Shown piece by piece: positions 58,901 through 64,000 of a stretch of 64,000 nucleotides of DNA. The translations under genes and the position numbers were made by a program. Origin of the DNA: Ministeria vibrans ATCC 50519 (lineage: Eukaryota > Protista > Filasterea); contig CALSCP010000733.1 of assembly GCA_943704425.1 (NCBI GenBank), forward strand, positions 1 through 64,000, read 5' to 3'. The notes under the pieces were generated by a model. The model searched no databases. It saw nothing but the letters and a program-made list of their open reading frames with translations, and was not told the DNA's origin. Each line of letters starts with the position of its first letter. The first letter of the stretch is position 1.

Positions 58901-61323
58901 GCCGGCGTGTGCCGAAGAGCACACTACAATGGAGGTGTTTGTCCGAGGCGACTGAGGAGCGAGTGAAACGACACATTGGGGACGGTACGATGGTGACGTT
59001 GCTGCTGCACTTGTGTAGCGAGTCGGCGGACGGCAAAGCGGTGTGTGTACTGACCAGTACGCTCTCGCCGGTCACTTTTCGCCTGTTGTGCGATTCTGTT
59101 GCGGGCAGTCGACGCGGTGAGGCAAATGTTGTGCGGGTTGACGGTCACTGGAGTATAATTACTATATGTGCCGAATTACCATCTACGAGTCTTGGTGGTG
59201 GACAGGAGAGGGTGTGTGCATACAGTGACACAATATCAAGTGAACCAGTGACACTTTCGAGTCAATCTGTGCCGCGCGAGATTGGACAACTGGCACTGCG
59301 CTGGATATGGGACGTGTGTAACTCACAGGGGTATACACTGCGCCCTCGACTGTGCACGACGGTGGCGATGCAGGCTGGGGGGTCGAAACCTGTGTCCGAT
59401 AAACACGGCGGTGTGATGGCAAACGCGTCGGAGAAGAGTGAGCTGGTACAAATACATGTGGAATGCTGCGGAGCGCAGGGGAGAGAGAGGGCTTTTTCAT
59501 TGCTCGCTGCAATTCATCACTTTGTTCGACGAGTGGAGGTGGTGGACGAGCGCACGCTTCATCTGTTGCAGGAGCGTGAGGTGTTCAATCGACTTATCTT
59601 TAGGGGTGTGCTGGACGCATGCGGGACACCAGTGGCTGACTTAGCGGCCTGGTGCAAGAACAAGGAGCACTGCCAGATGCAGGTGTTGTCATCGGGCACA
59701 ATCACCGTTGAGGGACCCACTTCTGCGCTGGTGGACGACTGCATGCGCAAGATCGCCTTGGTTTTGGAGCATCTGGCGACGACAAAGCAGCAGATTGACT
59801 TGTGGGCTTTGACACAGCAACGAGGCTACGCATCAGAATGTGGGACTCGTTCCAAGGGTGGCACGTTTGCGGATGGGTGCGAGCAGCGAGTGTTCAAGGT
59901 TCTGGTGAGAGAGGTGCCTTTTGCGCATGTACGTGGCTCATTTGAAGTGACAGATGGCGACGGTGAGGGTGTGTTGGCGACGCTCACGTGCCGTAAGATT
60001 TTTTTCGACGTTTTGCGCGATGCAGTGTACGAGCATGTGGCACGACTGCGCAAGCAACTGTGTTTCCGTGTGTCAACACAACCCAGCATGTATTGTCGTC
60101 AATTACATGACACTGGACGGACCCATTCAAAGCTGGCGGCTGTGCAGATGGCCGTGACGGATCACTTGACGCCCATTGATCACGGCGTGAAGCTACTTGA
60201 GACAGATTTGCGCCAGGAGAGCCATCGTGAGAAGACTATGTTGTCTCTGTTGGCTCAGTTGCAGGTAGCAGCGGAGGAAGCGGATGGGGCAGGTCGCGGC
60301 GGCGACGGCGACATGCTCAGCGTGAAGCAAGCGGCGGAGATCCTCTCGGAGAGGCTGGAGTGGGGGGCGACCACACCGGAGAATGACGACGAGGAGGGTG
60401 TTGTGACGGTGAAGATGGTGCACAACCAAAAGGTCGCGCGTGAGGTGCGATTACAGAAGGAACAAGGCTTGAAGATGTGCGCGGTGCTCATGTGGGGGAC
60501 GCATGAGGCGCTGGAGCAAGCAGAAAAGGAACTGGCGAAATTCATTGATGGTATCTCACGGGATTTGTGCTGTCTGTGCTTCGTTCGCAAGCCTGTCGAC
60601 GTCTTGATTGCCTGTCCAAAGGGAGAGAAGGAACACCAGATGTGTACAGATTGCTTTGTAGCCGGAGCCAAGGTGCAACTGAAGAATCATGCATTGTTGA
60701 CGACGCGACTGTCTGCGTCACAACAGGTCCAGATTGTGTGCACCATTTGCGGTGTAGGGAAAGATGAACGTCTGCCCGCATACGCAATGACAACAGTGGT
60801 GGGTGTGGGTGACGAGTCACTGCTGACGGCCCTGAGTGAGGCGCAGAGGCGTGTGACGGAACAGATTGTTACGGAAGAAGTGCGGAAGCAGGTGCAGGCC
60901 GAGTATGATCGAGAGCTGGAGCGAATACGCAACATGGACACGGTCGATCGAGAGGTGTTTCAGCTGTGTCGCGAGGTGGAGAACATGCTGAATCTCGCGT
61001 GTCCACGGTGCAAAGTAGCCTTTGTAGACTTTGATGGCTGTCTCGCCCTCAAGTGCAGCAACTGTCCGTGCGGATTCTGTGCATTGTGTCTCAAGGATTG
61101 TGGCGGCGATGCCCATGCGCATGTGCTCCGTTGTCCCAAACGGAATGGCGCAGATTCGTATGGTAGGGCAGGAGAGTTTGAGGAAGTGCACCGGCTTCGT
61201 CGCACGCGCGAACTGGGGCGCATTCTGGGGAACATTACCAATGTCACAGTTTACAATCGCGTACGAACAAGCGCACTAAAATTTGTCGAGGGCCAACATA
61301 TCGCCGTACCTCCTCCACGATAA
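49644..61323 (+). CDS. RNF213/mysterin-like giant AAA+ ATPase with C-terminal RING + RBR-type RING2 (Rcat), ~3,860 aa, 2 exons
   Basis: Exon 1 49644-49861, GT-AG intron, exon 2 49953-61323. Motifs PLVLEGETGEGKT/IVFIDEINC/SACNPYR/YTVLPLPHSL/VSLRELDR; PVFLVGPPGSSKSL/QCSKS/VVLEELGLA..LKVIHSLLD/VGFVALSNSLVDAAKMNR; C-terminal CCLC..C..H..CTDC..CTIC and CPRC..FDGCLALKCSNCPCGFCALC..HAHVLRC. Confidence 0.88.
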
Positions 61324-61737
61324 GACAGACAGCGTGTGTGTAGTGTATTAAGAAGTACAATGTTTGTGATTTGAGTGCATTCGTGGCGATCTGTGAGTTG
61401 CTCAAATGAGCCGAGTCGACTTAGTTGGACAAGGAGCGGATATTGAGAAGAAATATACAAAGTGATGAGGAAGAGAAGAACGTACAAACTGATAGCTATT
61501 AGAGCGACGATTTTTTAACCGCACGTTCCGTCAGACTGACACGGGTTGGACATACTCAAGTAACACATATGAAAACATGCCGTTTAATTATCTTCCTTCT
61601 TTGATGAATAAACATGTAAACTCACTTCACTTGCACTTACAATCTATCGTTCTTTCTCTCTCTATCACTTTGTTTCTCCCTCCTCTCTCTCTATCACTTT
61701 GTTTCTCCTTTCTCTTTTACTTTGTTTCTCCCTCTCT

Positions 61738-61786
<49 letters not shown>

Positions 61787-61796
61787 NNNNNNNNNN

Positions 61797-61859
<63 letters not shown>

Positions 61860-61862
61860 TCA

Positions 61863-63998
61863 TCACATTGTCGACATAGCCTGCTGTGCGATTCCACCAA
61901 TCTTCTGCACCAAAGCATTGTAGTCGCTCACATGGATCACAAGATCCTCCTTGTAGAACCCGTTGCGGTTATCATAATCACCCGCATAGCCAACGACAAG
62001 CGACACCATACTCTTCGCCATCTCCGAATTCTCCGTCACTACAACTCCAACTACAGTTGCATGGGCCTCGTTCACCAATTCACGAGCTACATGGGGAAAT
62101 CGCGAACGGTCATCAGCATTGGGATACCCATCCGTCTGAAAAATGACGAGGCGACGGGCTGCTTCTTTCGGACGCCAGTGAAGACTTGAAATTGCCATTT
62201 TAAGCGGTTTCGAGTACGCCGTCAAACCGAACGAGTGCCTCAAGTTGCGAATCCGGTTGGCACCTTCATCAAACGTCGTAGAGCCGCACTGAAAGTGTGC
62301 AAACACTTCAGAGTCACTCCCAAATGGAATGAGCGCCATCCGGTTGTCTGGGTTCCGCTTCAATGTGTCCTGGCACAGCTGCTGAGCAAACCGCACCGCT
62401 TGGTCTTTGTAACTCCACATGGAGCCACTCAGATCGAGAATCACACACACATCGCTTGGTGGGGTCAGCGTCACTTTGTTCAGCAGCTGGGGAAGCGGTA
62501 TGGATGATAGGCTAGGAGCAAGTGCCAGTTTTCTCAGCGACTCCGACGACGGCCCAGGCGCATCTGCCTTCAGACCCACAAAGTGCATGTCGACGCCTGT
62601 TAGCCAGGCTGTTGCGTTGGCCACGTAGCGGTCTGTGCCACCCTTCTCCCACTCCAACCACAACTTGGTAAAGCCCACATCGACTACCACACGGCCACGA
62701 TGGTCTCCAAAGTTTCCCTCGTTCACCACCACAAGAGACTTTGCTTCTTTTGGGCCTTTGTTAGCGGGAAAGCCTCCAGTCACCACCGTCTTCCAGTTCC
62801 GTGGAATATTCTGCGGCACAGCCACGGTCTCACCCTCATACAGCACTTGAATGCCCGTCATCAGGACGTGGTCGGGCGTTACGCTAAATTGCCCGCATGA
62901 CTGCATTGTGCCATCGGGAGCGGTTACTCCCTCTGCCGCCACAAAACTCCCGCCAGGAATGTTTCCCGCCAAATGCATCTTCCCGCCGGTAAGGGCACGC
63001 AAGACCACATTCGCATGCCAAAAGTGTGGATCATTCTCGCCAAACACAAACAGCCCACCTCGCTGCCGGTTGAAAGACAAGCACGCGCTCGCCAGTGTCT
63101 CTGCCAGCACCTCCACGCGTCTGGCTTGATTTTCGCATCGCCGCACCACGTCAACCTCAGGCCCACTAATCACCCAGGCCACTTGGAATTTACCGCTTTT
63201 CAACTTGTTCACAAACTCCATCTCATCACACACAATGTGCAACTGGAAGCCCTTGAGACCCAAGCGTGATTCGATGTTTTCTTTCAGGTTCTTAGTTTTC
63301 AAGTGACGTCGATACACAACCGGATCCCACAAAGTATCAGAGGGAAACAGCGTGCGACATTCTTGTCGTCGATGATGCTGCGGACTTAACCCAATTTGGA
63401 GGCCGTCGCGGACATAATCAAAGTCACGCATCATGTCGCCCTTCTTGCGCAAATTCTCCAAAATGAAGTTTGCCTCCTTGTCGCTGCGGCACTTCATCAT
63501 CAGGAAGCCGTATTCCACCGAAAAGTCGCCCAGAAGCACATGAAAGCCATCAAAGGCCTTCTCCCGTGCCAAGTCAAAGTGCGCCCCTCGCGGATTCTTG
63601 TACTCGTCCTGCACCACAGTCTTCTTCTTCAGCTCCTCACGCAAAGCCGCCGCCCCCAGAGTTTGATTGTAGTACGCCAGAATGCCCGGATGCTCCACTC
63701 GAAGCAAACGAGAGACCACTTTCAAGCTCGCGCGTCGGCGCTCCTCAAGCTCTGCCTTGGCACGCTCCATCATCAGAGTTGTCGCATCGCGTCGTGTCGA
63801 CCGATCATCACACCCGTGCAAATGGCGAAAGTGGTCTTGCAACACTTTACGCGCCTCGATGTCATGCCACGCCGCTCCAGGCCAAATCTCGTTTGACTTT
63901 CGAAGGGTGCACAAACCGTCGAAAAACGTGCGCTTTAGAAAGTCTGGCGATTCCAACAGCTGCTTCACCTTGATCGGCGCCAGCCATGGCTTATGCAA
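61863..63998 (-). CDS. GATase1-like (class I amidotransferase-like fold) domain + C-terminal VWA domain; runs off the window edge
   Basis: 711-codon uninterrupted frame. VWA with intact MIDAS (DVCVILDLSGSM..TAY..LVIFQTDG). Middle domain DEYKNPRGAHFDLAREKAFDG..VAWVISG..GGLFVFGENDP..GRVVVDVGFTKL..RYVANATAWL. Confidence 0.75.
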   Translation of the reverse strand: MHKPWLAPIKVKQLLESPDFLKRTFFDGLCTLRKSNEIWPGAAWHDIEARKVLQDHFRHLHGCDDRSTRRDATTLMMERAKAELEERRRASLKVVSRLLRVEHPGILAYYNQTLGAAALREELKKKTVVQDEYKNPRGAHFDLAREKAFDGFHVLLGDFSVEYGFLMMKCRSDKEANFILENLRKKGDMMRDFDYVRDGLQIGLSPQHHRRQECRTLFPSDTLWDPVVYRRHLKTKNLKENIESRLGLKGFQLHIVCDEMEFVNKLKSGKFQVAWVISGPEVDVVRRCENQARRVEVLAETLASACLSFNRQRGGLFVFGENDPHFWHANVVLRALTGGKMHLAGNIPGGSFVAAEGVTAPDGTMQSCGQFSVTPDHVLMTGIQVLYEGETVAVPQNIPRNWKTVVTGGFPANKGPKEAKSLVVVNEGNFGDHRGRVVVDVGFTKLWLEWEKGGTDRYVANATAWLTGVDMHFVGLKADAPGPSSESLRKLALAPSLSSIPLPQLLNKVTLTPPSDVCVILDLSGSMWSYKDQAVRFAQQLCQDTLKRNPDNRMALIPFGSDSEVFAHFQCGSTTFDEGANRIRNLRHSFGLTAYSKPLKMAISSLHWRPKEAARRLVIFQTDGYPNADDRSRFPHVARELVNEAHATVVGVVVTENSEMAKSMVSLVVGYAGDYDNRNGFYKEDLVIHVSDYNALVQKIGGIAQQAMSTM

Positions 63999-64000
63999 CT

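Overview
Gene-dense, intron-containing eukaryotic nuclear DNA with GT-AG introns, the standard genetic code, many CT/CA/TAA microsatellites and several N gaps. It is most likely from a unicellular flagellated protist, given a CCDC146-like axonemal gene and MYCBP; CIB2/3-like and DEK-like genes are also present, but the lineage cannot be fixed from this window. Housekeeping genes: RPL14, RPL5 (hosting an intronic two-guide C/D snoRNA matching snR60/U80), SEC61A, mitochondrial release factor 1, a USP4/11/15-like DUB, MsrB and an EEF1AKMT4-like methyltransferase. The most unusual items are: (i) a ~3,860-aa almost intronless RNF213/mysterin-like dynein-type AAA+ ATPase ending in a RING + RBR-type RING2 module, lying tail-to-tail with an intronless GATase1-like+VWA gene (candidate cell-autonomous immunity module); (ii) a homeodomain fused to Swi6/Mbp1/Cdc10-type ankyrin repeats and a coiled coil; (iii) an MLKL/RPW8-like four-helix domain fused to an RGLG-type copine VWA domain, apparently truncated next to a MITE; (iv) a ~225-aa stand-alone Atg11/FIP200 Claw protein with a LIR-like motif; (v) a YggC/FrcK P-loop kinase-PfkB kinase fusion. 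All family assignments come from motif recognition by eye, not database searches.
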